64,000 nucleotides of DNA, from the NCBI GenBank assembly GCA_015059095.1, contig SVBA01000009.1:3228-67227 (forward strand), written 5' to 3'. The stretch comes from Erysipelotrichaceae bacterium. Lineage in GTDB: Bacteria; Bacillota_I; Bacilli_A; RFN20; CAG-449. Below are positions 52,618-61,985 of this stretch, piece after piece; the stretch's first letter is position 1, and each line of letters opens with the position of its first letter. The position numbers and the translations under genes are program-made. Below the pieces are notes generated by a model, which saw nothing but the letters and a program-made list of their open reading frames with translations, did not search any database and had not been told where the DNA came from.

Positions 52618-52658
52618 AGAGTAAAATTTAGAACTTAATTTTTACTCTTTTTTTTGGT
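52618..52658 (+). terminator. rho-independent terminator
   Basis: AGAGTAAAAT...ATTTTTACTCT followed by T8. Confidence 0.7.
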
Positions 52659-52839
52659 AAATAAAAAAAACGATTTATCATTATATATTAATTATTTATG
52701 AGAAATATATAAGAATAAAGTGATTAATTAATGAGAATAATGTTGATTTATCGGATTTTTTAAGGTTGATTTAATTGAAAAAGATTGTTAATATATTATT
52801 GTTCTTGATAGTATTATCAAGGACTCTTTAGGAGGTAAG

Positions 52840-53100
52840 TATGCATAAAATGCGTCTAGAGGTGACTTTAGGCGTGTAATGGAGGAAAAGTAGGTGGAAG
52901 CCTACTTGATATTATTAATTATTATACTCACTTTAATAAGTAGTATAGTGAATAATAAAGTTTCTAAGTAATTAGAAAAATCCATTGCATACCTATTGTT
53001 TCCTTAAAGAGGAAAAGGGATGAGGTAGTGACTCATCCCTTTTCTAATGATATCCATTGCATATCTGTATATATTATATATGAAAATTAAAATTAGTTGA
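52840..53100 (+). other. structured leader region with a 12-codon uORF, direct repeats and a terminator-like hairpin upstream of the U32 peptidase gene
   Basis: GGAGG RBS plus ATG at 52841 encodes MHKMRLEVTLGV. A GTAGGTGGAAGCCTAC hairpin follows. Direct repeats TCCATTGCATA at about 52981 and 53054 flank the hairpin AAGGGATGAG-GTAGTGA-CTCATCCCTT, which is followed by a T-run. Confidence 0.3.
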
Positions 53101-53131
53101 ATATAATTTGTTTATTTTTTATAATTTTTGT

Positions 53132-55456
53132 ATGAAAAAAATCGAACTCCTTTCTCCAGCAGGATCTTTAGAAAGTTTCTATGCAGCGATTAGTGCTGGG
53201 GCTAATGCTGTATATATGGGTGGTAAGCAATTTTCTGCAAGAGCATATGCTTCCAATTTTTCTAATGAGCAAATTAAAGATTTAATCATATATGCTCATA
53301 AGAGAAATGTAAAAGTATATATCACTGTTAACACTTTGATTTTTGAAGATGAATTTGAAGAAGTTGTAAATTTTATTGATTTTTTATATAGAAGTGATGT
53401 TGATGGGATTTTACTTCAAGATTTAGGTTTAGCATATTATCTTCATAATTGTTATCCAGAACTTGTTTTACATGCCTCAACTCAATTAAATTGTCATAAT
53501 GTTAGTGAAGCAAAAGCTTTAATTAATTTAGGATTTAAAAGATTAGTTTTGGCTAGAGAAGTATCTTTAGAGGAAGCTAAAAGAATTAAAGATTTAGGAG
53601 TAGAAGTTGAAGTTTTTGTTCATGGAGCGTTATGTGTTTCTTATTCTGGACAATGTTTGATGTCTTCTTTTATCGGTAATAGAAGCGGGAATAGAGGTAA
53701 ATGTGCTCAACCTTGTAGAAATGAAATGAAAGTAATTTCCAATGAAAAAGAATCAGAATTATTTGGTATTTCTACTAAAGATATGTGTTCTATTGAATAT
53801 ATAGATAAATTAATAGAAGCCGGCATTGATTCTTTAAAAATTGAAGGAAGAATGAAGAGAGAAGAATATGTTTATCAAGTTGTTTCTTCATATAAGTTAG
53901 CAATTGATAATTATTATCAAAAGAATAAAATTGATTATCAAGATGAAATTAATAAGATGAAATCATTATTCAATAGAGGATTTACTAAGGGTTATTTATT
54001 TAATGAATCAAGAACTAAATTATTAAATCAAAAGACTTCTTCTCATCAAGGTACAATCCTTGGAAGAGTAATTAAAGTTAAAGGAAATTATATTGATATT
54101 AGATTAGAAGATGATTTATTTCTTCAAGATGGTATTAGATTTAATAATAGATTTCAATCTGGTCAACAAGTTCAAAAGATGTTTATTAATTCTAAAGATG
54201 TTAAGGTCGCTTATAAAGGTCAAGTTGTCAGTTTGATTGGACACAATGTTAGAGTTTTTAAAGATGATGAAGTGATTAAAACTACATCATCATATCAATT
54301 GGAAAACATTCAAAAAAAGTTAAAAAATGATATTAAAAATGAACTTTCAATGGAGATTAATGCTTATCAAAATAAACCATTAGAATTAAAATTAACTGCA
54401 TTTAATCAAAGTCAAAAAGTATATTCATCATTTATTGTTACTGAAGCGATTAATAATCCAACTTCTAAAGAAAGAATTATAGAACAATTATCTAAATTAG
54501 GTGATACTCCTTTTCAAGCTTCAAATATTAAAGTAAATATGGATAATGATATATTTATTTCTATTAAAGAATTAAATAATTTGAGAAGAGAGGGTGTTAA
54601 TAAATTATTAGAGAAACTACAAACTATTAATTATTATGATGTTGAAAATGTGAAATTATTTAATTTAAATTCGTCATCGATTAATAAAGAATTTACATTA
54701 ATGTGTCAAGTAGAAACTAAAGAACAATTAGAAGAAGCTTTAAAATATCCATTTAGTAAAATTTTAATTAATAATGATAAGCTATTTGAAGAAAATAAAG
54801 AAAAAGAAAATATCTATCATTCTTTAAGAAGAATTGATCATTTTGATGATAAATCTACATTAAGTAATGAAGTATTATCTTATATTAAAGAAATTGGTTC
54901 TAAGGATAATTTATTAACTTCACCATACTTTAATTTGGTTAACTCTTATTCGTTGGATTTGGCATATAATTTAGGCATTAAAGAAGTAATTTTATCATAT
55001 GAATTATCTAAAGAAGATATTAATAACATGATGAATGAATATAAAAATAGAAACTCTAGTTATCCATTAGTTAATATTCCTATATATGGAAAAGTGGATT
55101 TAATGATTATGAAGTCTTGTCCAATTGCAAATATGTATGGTATTAGTAAAGATCATTGTCAAATGTGTAAAAAGAATAATTATTACTTAAAAGATCGAAT
55201 GAATCTTCATTTTGATATGATTCAAGATGAATATTGTACTACTAGAGTATTAAATTCTCATTGTCTTTATCTTTTAGATAAAACAAATGAAATTAAAAAT
55301 ATGCATATTAGTGGAGGAATCTTATATTTTACTAATGAGACTAAAGAAGAAACTAGAAGAATTATCAAAGACGCTTTCTTGAAAAATGTAAATGAAAATA
55401 AAGATATTATTCTTGATAATATAACTAGAGGACATTTTCTTAAAAAAATAGATTAA
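53132..55456 (+). CDS. peptidase U32 family protein (collagenase-like PrtC), long form with C-terminal extension
   Basis: N-terminal MKKIELLSPAGS...AGANAVYMGG start and conserved E/C residues of U32. The track start at 53108 is a TTG; the ATG at 53132 is more likely. Confidence 0.75.
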   Translation: MKKIELLSPAGSLESFYAAISAGANAVYMGGKQFSARAYASNFSNEQIKDLIIYAHKRNVKVYITVNTLIFEDEFEEVVNFIDFLYRSDVDGILLQDLGLAYYLHNCYPELVLHASTQLNCHNVSEAKALINLGFKRLVLAREVSLEEAKRIKDLGVEVEVFVHGALCVSYSGQCLMSSFIGNRSGNRGKCAQPCRNEMKVISNEKESELFGISTKDMCSIEYIDKLIEAGIDSLKIEGRMKREEYVYQVVSSYKLAIDNYYQKNKIDYQDEINKMKSLFNRGFTKGYLFNESRTKLLNQKTSSHQGTILGRVIKVKGNYIDIRLEDDLFLQDGIRFNNRFQSGQQVQKMFINSKDVKVAYKGQVVSLIGHNVRVFKDDEVIKTTSSYQLENIQKKLKNDIKNELSMEINAYQNKPLELKLTAFNQSQKVYSSFIVTEAINNPTSKERIIEQLSKLGDTPFQASNIKVNMDNDIFISIKELNNLRREGVNKLLEKLQTINYYDVENVKLFNLNSSSINKEFTLMCQVETKEQLEEALKYPFSKILINNDKLFEENKEKENIYHSLRRIDHFDDKSTLSNEVLSYIKEIGSKDNLLTSPYFNLVNSYSLDLAYNLGIKEVILSYELSKEDINNMMNEYKNRNSSYPLVNIPIYGKVDLMIMKSCPIANMYGISKDHCQMCKKNNYYLKDRMNLHFDMIQDEYCTTRVLNSHCLYLLDKTNEIKNMHISGGILYFTNETKEETRRIIKDAFLKNVNENKDIILDNITRGHFLKKID

Positions 55457-55525
55457 TTTTGTTAAAAAATTAATTCAATTGTGTAATAATAATGGAAATT
55501 ATAGAAAAAAAGGAGGAAAAAGTAT

Positions 55526-56893
55526 ATGTATAATAAAAATGCTTGGAAGTCTTATTCTAAAGAAGACTTAGAAAAAGTAATGAGTTTTGCTGAAGGTTAT
55601 AAAGATTTTATTTCTAAAGGTAAAACTGAAAGAGAATGTGTTACTTTAGGTGTTAAAATTGCTGAAGAACACGGATATAAAAATATCAAAGATTGTAAAG
55701 AATTACATCCTGGCGATAAAGTTTACTCTGTAAATAAAGGTAAAAATATTGCGATTATGGTTGTAGGTCAAAAACCAGTAGAAGAAGGTTTAAGAGTTTT
55801 AGGTGCTCATATTGATTCACCTAGAATTGACGTTAAACAAAATCCATTATATGAATCTACAGGTTTCTGTTTAATGGATACTCACTATTATGGTGGTATT
55901 GTTAAATATCAATGGGTTGCTATTCCTTTAGCTTTATATGGTGTAGTTTGTAAAAAAGATGGCACTGTAATTAATATTTCTATCGGCGATGATCCATCTG
56001 ATCCAGTCGTTGGTATTACTGATTTATTACCTCACTTAGCAGGTGATAAAATGCAAAAACCAGCTTACAAGGCTATTGAAGGTGAAGCATTAGATGTAAC
56101 TATGGGTTCTATGCCTTTAGAAGGTGAAGAAAAAGAATCTGTAAAAGCTCATGTTTTAAAAATCTTAAAAGAAAAATATGATTTCGAAGAAGAAGATTTC
56201 TTATCTGCAGAAATTGAAATCGTTCCAGCAGGTCCTGCTAGAGACTATGGTTTAGATAGATCATTAGTAGCAGGTTATGGCCATGATGATAGAGTATGTG
56301 CTTATACTTCTATGATGGCAGTTATTGATGCAGGTGAATGTGAATATACTACTTGTGCTGTATTTGTAGATAAAGAAGAAATCGGTTCAGTAGGTGCAAC
56401 AGGTGCTCAATCTAAATGGTTTGAAAATGTTGTCGCAGAATTAGTTGATTTAACAACTTCTTATTCTGAATTAAAAGTTAGACACGCTTTAGAAAACACA
56501 ATGATGTTATCTTCTGACGTAAGTGCAGGATTTGATCCTTTATACGCTTATGTTAATGATTCTAAGAACTCTGCTTATTTAGGACGTGGTATTTGTTTCA
56601 ATAAATATACAGGTTCTAGAGGTAAGAGTGGTGCTAATGATGCTGCTCCAGAATACTTTGCAAAAATTAGAAATGTTATGGATGAAAATAATATCCATTT
56701 CCAAACTTCTGAACTTGGTAAAGTTGATCAAGGTGGCGGTGGTACAATCGCTTATATCTTGGGTAATTACAACATGAATGTTATTGATGCTGGTGTACCA
56801 GTATTAAATATGCATGCTCCAATGGAAGTTATTTCTAAAGCTGACTTATATGAAGCTTACAAAGCATATAAAGTATTTGTTAAACATATGTAA
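55526..56893 (+). CDS. M18-family aminopeptidase (aspartyl aminopeptidase-like)
   Basis: The N-terminal KNAWKSYSKEDLEKVMSFAEGYKDFISKGKTERE region and His/Asp/Glu metal ligands are colinear with M18 ApeA. AGGAGG RBS. Confidence 0.75.
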   Translation: MYNKNAWKSYSKEDLEKVMSFAEGYKDFISKGKTERECVTLGVKIAEEHGYKNIKDCKELHPGDKVYSVNKGKNIAIMVVGQKPVEEGLRVLGAHIDSPRIDVKQNPLYESTGFCLMDTHYYGGIVKYQWVAIPLALYGVVCKKDGTVINISIGDDPSDPVVGITDLLPHLAGDKMQKPAYKAIEGEALDVTMGSMPLEGEEKESVKAHVLKILKEKYDFEEEDFLSAEIEIVPAGPARDYGLDRSLVAGYGHDDRVCAYTSMMAVIDAGECEYTTCAVFVDKEEIGSVGATGAQSKWFENVVAELVDLTTSYSELKVRHALENTMMLSSDVSAGFDPLYAYVNDSKNSAYLGRGICFNKYTGSRGKSGANDAAPEYFAKIRNVMDENNIHFQTSELGKVDQGGGGTIAYILGNYNMNVIDAGVPVLNMHAPMEVISKADLYEAYKAYKVFVKHM

Positions 56894-56900
56894 TTAAGAT

Positions 56901-56932
56901 ACTCTACCTATCGGTAGAGTATTTTTATTTTT
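56901..56932 (+). terminator. rho-independent terminator
   Basis: ACTCTACC-TATC-GGTAGAGT followed by a T-run. Confidence 0.75.
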
Positions 56933-56986
56933 CTTGTCTAATTTTAATTATTTATTTATAATTAAGGTATAAAAGGAGAAAATTTT

Positions 56987-58432
56987 ATGGAAAAAGAAGT
57001 GAATTATATCCAAAAAACTTCTGGATTAAAGAAGATTGATTATTTTGGATATGCTATGGGTGATGTTGCTTCCTTATTAGTTTTTGGTTTAGTAAATAGT
57101 ATTCTTCAAATTTATTATACTGACTATTTAGGTTTAAGCCTTGTTAGCGTAATGATTTTATTTACTGTATCTAGAATTTGGGATGCATGTAATGACCCAT
57201 TGATGGGTAGAATTATTGATACTACTAAATGTAAACCAGGTAGTAGATATCGTAGATGGTTAGTTTTATTATCTGTACCTCTTGCTATCGCTACTGTATT
57301 AATGTTTGTTGACGTTAGATCTTTAGGTCAAACTGGTGCATTTATTTTTGCTACTATCACTTATATTTTATTCTGTACTTTATATACAGGTACAAATATT
57401 CCTTATGGTTCAATGGCTGCAGTCATTACTTCAGATGAAAAAGAAAGAAATACTTTATCAGTATTTAGATCAATGGGTTCTACTTTTGGTGCATTCCCAG
57501 CTATGGCTCTAGCAGGTATGTGGATTGTATCAAATCCAGATGGAACTAAAACTTTTAAATATAACGTATTATTAATTGGGGTAATTATTATTGCTGTTTT
57601 ATCAATTGTTGGTTATTTTATTTGTTACAAATTCTCTAAAGAAAGAATTGTTACTGTTCCAGAAAAAAAGAAGGTAAAAGGTTATACTTTTAAAACAATT
57701 AAAGGTTTATTATCTACAAAGTCATTCTTAGTTGTTTCTTTAGCTGGCATGTTATTCTTAGCAGGTCAAATGTACCAACAATCATATAACCAATACTTAT
57801 TTACTTATGTATTTGATGCTCCTGGATTAATGAGTTTACCAACTATTATGCAATATTTACCGGTAGCAATTGTTATGTTCTTTTCAAATAAATTATGTAA
57901 GAAATTTGGTAGAAAAGAAATTTGTGCAGTAGGTATGTTACTTGCAGGTTTATCTTTCTTATCAATTGCGTTCTTAAAAGTTACTAATCCTTATATTTAC
58001 TTAGGTGTATGTTTAGTTTCAGGTATTGGTAATTCATTTATCTTCTTAATGGTTTGGGCATTAGTAAATGATGCTATCGATGATTATATGGTTAAATCAG
58101 GTAGAAGAGATGATGGTACAGCATATTCATTATTTACATTCTGTAGACAAATTGGTCAAACAGTCGCTGCAATTTTAGTAAATGCTGGTTTAATGTCATT
58201 TAATTATGATAAAGATTTAATTGGTAATTCTCCAGAAATGTTAGAAAGTATGTATCTTCAATCTTGTTTAATTCCTGCAATCTTATTTATTTTAATCTTC
58301 GTATTATTATGGTTCTTCTATCCACTTAATAAGAAGAGATTACAAGAACTTCAAGTTGAAAAAGAAGCAGTATTAGAAAAAATTGCTCTTGAAAATGAAG
58401 AAAATAAAGAACAAGAAGTAGTTTCTGAATAA
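56987..58432 (+). CDS. MFS transporter, GPH family (glycoside-pentoside-hexuronide:cation symporter, MelB-like)
   Basis: YFGYAMGD and DPLMGRIIDTT signature of GPH symporters. Twelve TM segments. AAGGAG RBS. Confidence 0.8.
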   Translation: MEKEVNYIQKTSGLKKIDYFGYAMGDVASLLVFGLVNSILQIYYTDYLGLSLVSVMILFTVSRIWDACNDPLMGRIIDTTKCKPGSRYRRWLVLLSVPLAIATVLMFVDVRSLGQTGAFIFATITYILFCTLYTGTNIPYGSMAAVITSDEKERNTLSVFRSMGSTFGAFPAMALAGMWIVSNPDGTKTFKYNVLLIGVIIIAVLSIVGYFICYKFSKERIVTVPEKKKVKGYTFKTIKGLLSTKSFLVVSLAGMLFLAGQMYQQSYNQYLFTYVFDAPGLMSLPTIMQYLPVAIVMFFSNKLCKKFGRKEICAVGMLLAGLSFLSIAFLKVTNPYIYLGVCLVSGIGNSFIFLMVWALVNDAIDDYMVKSGRRDDGTAYSLFTFCRQIGQTVAAILVNAGLMSFNYDKDLIGNSPEMLESMYLQSCLIPAILFILIFVLLWFFYPLNKKRLQELQVEKEAVLEKIALENEENKEQEVVSE

Positions 58433-58534
58433 TTAGTAACTAAGCATCAAGTTTATCTTGGTGCTTTTTAATTGAAAAATTAAATAAAAAAATTGGATTA
58501 TTAATAACTAGGAGTTATAATATAATCACCATTT

Positions 58535-58611
58535 GGTCTATTGGAGAAGCGGCTTAACTCGACGCCCTCTCAAGGCGTTATTCACGGGTTCGAACCCCGT
58601 ATAGATCACCA
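58535..58611 (+). tRNA. tRNA with CUC anticodon (tRNA-Glu-like), CCA encoded; marks the left edge of the island
   Basis: Hand-folded cloverleaf: acceptor GGTCTAT/ATAGATC, D-loop containing GG, anticodon stem ACGCC/GGCGT with loop CTCTCAA, T-arm ACGGG-TTCGAAC-CCCGT, discriminator A, then CCA. Confidence 0.55.
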
Positions 58612-58620
58612 GAATAGTAG

Positions 58621-58690
58621 AACAGGTTTGATACAATGCTATCAAGCCTTTTTTTGTGCTTTTATAAGGGTTCAAATCTCACCCGTAAGG
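58621..58690 (+). repeat. repeat module copy 1: TTGATAC-type terminator hairpin + T-run + tRNA T-arm-like segment
   Basis: GGTTTGATAcaatgcTATCAAGCC, then T7, then GCTTTTATAAGGGTTCAAATCTCACCCGTA. The last part resembles the 3' half (T-arm) of the adjacent tRNA (GGGTTCGAACCCCGTA). Confidence 0.5.
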
Positions 58691-58754
58691 AATTACTTAA
58701 ATGATTATTAATGATTTAAGTGTATAAATTGTTATTTTTAGTGTGTCTATTCGA

Positions 58755-58870
58755 TAAACGATTTAATAGAGTGGTTTCAAAAATTTAAGGACGGTTTCAT
58801 TATTAAACGATTATGTTAAGGTGGTTTCAAAAATAGTTCAAAGGTAGTTTCACACTATTAAACGATTATA
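58755..58870 (+). repeat. iteron array L: about 4 tandem 31-bp units of GGTGGTTTCA-N-TATTAAACGATTAT
   Basis: AAACGATT occurs 3 times and G(G/T)(T/A)GTTTCA occurs 4 times at about 31-bp spacing. Confidence 0.6.
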
Positions 58871-58929
58871 CAAATTCATAGTAAATACAAAGAAAATATG
58901 ATATAATAAATCAAAGGAAGTGGCTATAT

Positions 58930-59730
58930 ATGTTTGAGAGTTTGAAAATAATAAGTGAGTGTAAAAGAACACTTAAAAATCATAATATTAAATATAATGA
59001 AGACTTTAAAATATATAAGAAATTTGGATTAATTCATTGTCAAGTTGACGATTGGAGAGGTCCTGTTGAAGTTGATGGTTTTCCAGTTTTGACAATTAAA
59101 TCAGCCACTTTATTACTTATTGAATCTTGTGCATTTGATCATTATTTGTTGGAGGAAAAAAATAAAAGAGAACAGCTAATTAAAGAATATCCTTTAGGAT
59201 ATGGAGAATATGAAACGAGAAAATATCTTTTTGAAAATATACTAAAAGTCATAAAAGGTTATGATGAAAAACACTATGTTAGTTTAATTAATAAATATAC
59301 AAAGTATTTAAATATGAATAGGAAAACAAAGCAAAGATGGTCATACAATAAATCAACAGAAAAGTTTGAAATTTATCCTATTGCTTCATATTCAGCGGTG
59401 ATTATATCTAAAGCAATAAATACTATTAGAATTTATAATCAAGATCCTTGTGGTGGAAGATTAGATGATAATATTTATAAATTAATATCTGAAAATTTTG
59501 AAGATGGATTATTTAAATTTTCTTTTACTAATAACGGAGAAGACAGATTTTATTTAGAAATTTATAATCCGCAATATGCAGATGGTTCAGACAATTACAT
59601 TATGATTTATAAGGCTGATAAAGTAGTATGGTCGTATATGCCATTTGAAAATAGCGAGTCAAAACAAGAAAGAATATTTATTTTTGATGGAACAAAATTA
59701 AATATTGTTGGTGAAATTAATTTTAAATAA
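58930..59730 (+). CDS. hypothetical protein (266 aa), island gene
   Basis: Soluble protein with no motif I can recognise. AAGGAAG RBS. It is the first gene after iteron array L. Confidence 0.4.
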   Translation: MFESLKIISECKRTLKNHNIKYNEDFKIYKKFGLIHCQVDDWRGPVEVDGFPVLTIKSATLLLIESCAFDHYLLEEKNKREQLIKEYPLGYGEYETRKYLFENILKVIKGYDEKHYVSLINKYTKYLNMNRKTKQRWSYNKSTEKFEIYPIASYSAVIISKAINTIRIYNQDPCGGRLDDNIYKLISENFEDGLFKFSFTNNGEDRFYLEIYNPQYADGSDNYIMIYKADKVVWSYMPFENSESKQERIFIFDGTKLNIVGEINFK

Positions 59731-59770
59731 AGGATTAAAAAAATATCAACGAAAGGATAAAATTATAATT

Positions 59771-60256
59771 ATGATCAATAAGAAAGGTATAATTGGTGAA
59801 TTTATGGAAGAAAATGTAACATTGATTGGCTATAATTCTAAAAAACAGCCTTATATATTTTTAGGTGCAGCTATCTTGGTATTTATTATTGCTATACTGT
59901 GTATATTTTTTGCTGAAGGAAATAAAAAATTTGCATCAATTGCATTGTTTCTTATAGGGATAGGACTCATGATTGGCTTTTTTTATTTGTTAAAATTACC
60001 TCATATAGGTATTAAAGTAATAGATGACAAATACTTATACTTTTATGATAAAGATAATGTGAAAATTATTGATATTAGTAATATTGAAAAAGTAAATTAT
60101 TGGCCAGCAAATTATGGCCTTAAGATTGTTCTTTTCACTTCAAAAGGTAGTGAATATTTTACTTATTTATTATCTAATATCAAAGATGTAAAAAAACATT
60201 TATTATATTTATTTGAAAAAGAAAATATTAAGGTAATAAATAGGTATAGTAAGTAG
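59771..60256 (+). CDS. small membrane protein (2 TM + cytoplasmic domain), island gene
   Basis: The track ORF 59705..60256 begins with TTG. The first ATG (MINKKG) is at 59771. The protein has two TM helices and a roughly 100-aa C-terminal domain. Confidence 0.4.
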   Translation: MINKKGIIGEFMEENVTLIGYNSKKQPYIFLGAAILVFIIAILCIFFAEGNKKFASIALFLIGIGLMIGFFYLLKLPHIGIKVIDDKYLYFYDKDNVKIIDISNIEKVNYWPANYGLKIVLFTSKGSEYFTYLLSNIKDVKKHLLYLFEKENIKVINRYSK

Positions 60257-60411
60257 TATTGAATTATTCTCGATATTAAGTATTGGTGAAAAAATTGCAC
60301 TTGAAGTATTATAGAAAAGAAATGATGGTCTTAGTAAAAATGGCAAAATATTTTCTTTAAAGATGAAAGTATGTATTATAAAAAATTAAGTCCTATGAAA
60401 TAGGATTAAAA

Positions 60412-60585
60412 ATGAAATTAATAAGAGAAGCTAATGATGTAAGTAAAACAGAATTAGCCATTAGATTAAAAGTCAATCGAAAGACAGTTATATTATTAGA
60501 AAAAGGTGATAGGTTACCTTCATTAGAATATATCTATAACTTTTGTAAAATGTTTGATGTTTTGATTGAATTAATGTTAAATTAA
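60412..60585 (+). CDS. small XRE-family HTH regulator (57 aa)
   Basis: Hand translation gives MKLIREANDVSKTELAIRLKVNRKTVILLEKGDRLPSLEYIYNFCKMFDVLIELMLN, a Cro/C1-type HTH. Missing from the track because it is under 60 aa. A perfect palindrome TCCTATgaaATAGGA lies at 60391-60405, overlapping its RBS. Confidence 0.55.
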   Translation: MKLIREANDVSKTELAIRLKVNRKTVILLEKGDRLPSLEYIYNFCKMFDVLIELMLN

Positions 60586-60600
60586 AGGGGGTTATTTTCA

Positions 60601-61494
60601 ATGAAGTTAAATATTGTTGTTTTTATTTTATTTGTAATAATTTATGTTTTGACTATAGTTTTAACAATATTTAAAATCAAAGATATACACAAGAATCCTG
60701 AAAAATATGAGCATGAAGATTTAATTAATGAAACAAATAGAAAATATGCTAACAAATGGGATAAATTTTCTAGTTTTTTTAAATCATTATCTCATCAATA
60801 TGGAATGATAAATATGTTATTATGTTTTGTCTTTGTTGCTTTAGGAACAATATTTATCTTTTCCATAAATAAAGCGTATAGTCAAGGTGAAGGATATATT
60901 ACCTTAGGAACGCAACTAATTGGTTCAATTGGCCTATTATTTTTAGGGATTCCATTATGTATGATAATTATTCCATTGGCAATCAAAAAACCATTCTTTG
61001 TTGTTACAACGTTAGATATGTTTAATACAGACCATAGACCAAAAATATATTTTAAAGGATATATATTATTTTTAGTATTTTTTATAATAACATTTCCATT
61101 TATAACTCTGTCTTGTAACAATTACGTTTATTATGATTCAAATGGCATTTATTCAAATAGATATTTTCAGATTGAAGAAAAGTTTACTTCATATGAAGAA
61201 ATAACAAAGATTGAAATTTATTTAACCTATAAAGAAGAAAAAATATCTGGAGTACATTATGATGTGTATTTAAATGACGGAAGATTTAATATTAATTCAC
61301 CTAGCGGTAAAAAGAAGATATTTGCTGATAATACCTTTACAATACATAATTATGTTATAAATAAAAGTAATTGTGAATTTATTATTACTCCATTAACTGA
61401 AGATGATATTAATTTTTTAGTGGAAAACTATACTAACGATGATTATCAAAAAATTTTAGAAGTCTTTAATGCTGATCAATTAAAGGAGAATTAA
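60601..61494 (+). CDS. polytopic membrane protein (297 aa), island gene
   Basis: AAGGGGG RBS 8 nt upstream and at least five hydrophobic helices. Immediately downstream of the small XRE gene. Confidence 0.4.
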   Translation: MKLNIVVFILFVIIYVLTIVLTIFKIKDIHKNPEKYEHEDLINETNRKYANKWDKFSSFFKSLSHQYGMINMLLCFVFVALGTIFIFSINKAYSQGEGYITLGTQLIGSIGLLFLGIPLCMIIIPLAIKKPFFVVTTLDMFNTDHRPKIYFKGYILFLVFFIITFPFITLSCNNYVYYDSNGIYSNRYFQIEEKFTSYEEITKIEIYLTYKEEKISGVHYDVYLNDGRFNINSPSGKKKIFADNTFTIHNYVINKSNCEFIITPLTEDDINFLVENYTNDDYQKILEVFNADQLKEN

Positions 61495-61495
61495 A

Positions 61496-61984
61496 ATGAA
61501 AATAGGAATTATTAAGGAAAAGAAAGTTGGGTTACTAATATCTACTATTATTTGTCTTATATGTTGTATTTTTCCATTTTTTACTAAATTAGAGTTTATT
61601 GACAAAATATTTATATTCGTTATGCTGTTAATAGCATATTTAATTATATTATTATGTTTTCTAATATCGATGGAATGGTACATAATAGACATAGAATCTA
61701 TTACAGTTAAAAATGTTTTTGGAACAGTAAATAAAGTTTATTATAAAGATGTTAAATATTCTTATGTTAAACGATTACCTGTTTTTACTAGAGATAAAGG
61801 AATCTCTTGCTTATTATTTAATGATGGTAGAAAAGAATGCAGTTTCTTCACAGGTAATAATATAGATAATCATAAAAAATATATTATTAGAATTCCATAT
61901 ACTCAAGAAGTTGTGGATTATTTCAAAAAAAATAATATTGAGTTAAATAATAATTCGATTTTTAAAACTATAATAAATGAATAA
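61496..61984 (+). CDS. small membrane protein (2 TM + cytoplasmic domain), island gene
   Basis: AAGGAG RBS. Same architecture as 59771..60256, with a weak shared motif after TM2 (IIDIESITV versus IIDISNIEKV). Confidence 0.4.
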   Translation: MKIGIIKEKKVGLLISTIICLICCIFPFFTKLEFIDKIFIFVMLLIAYLIILLCFLISMEWYIIDIESITVKNVFGTVNKVYYKDVKYSYVKRLPVFTRDKGISCLLFNDGRKECSFFTGNNIDNHKKYIIRIPYTQEVVDYFKKNNIELNNNSIFKTIINE

Positions 61985-61985
61985 A

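Noticed and set aside
58500-58700. tmRNA or a longer structured RNA at the island boundary.
   Set aside because: Only a single 77-nt cloverleaf is present. There is no tag-peptide reading frame and no pseudoknot region.
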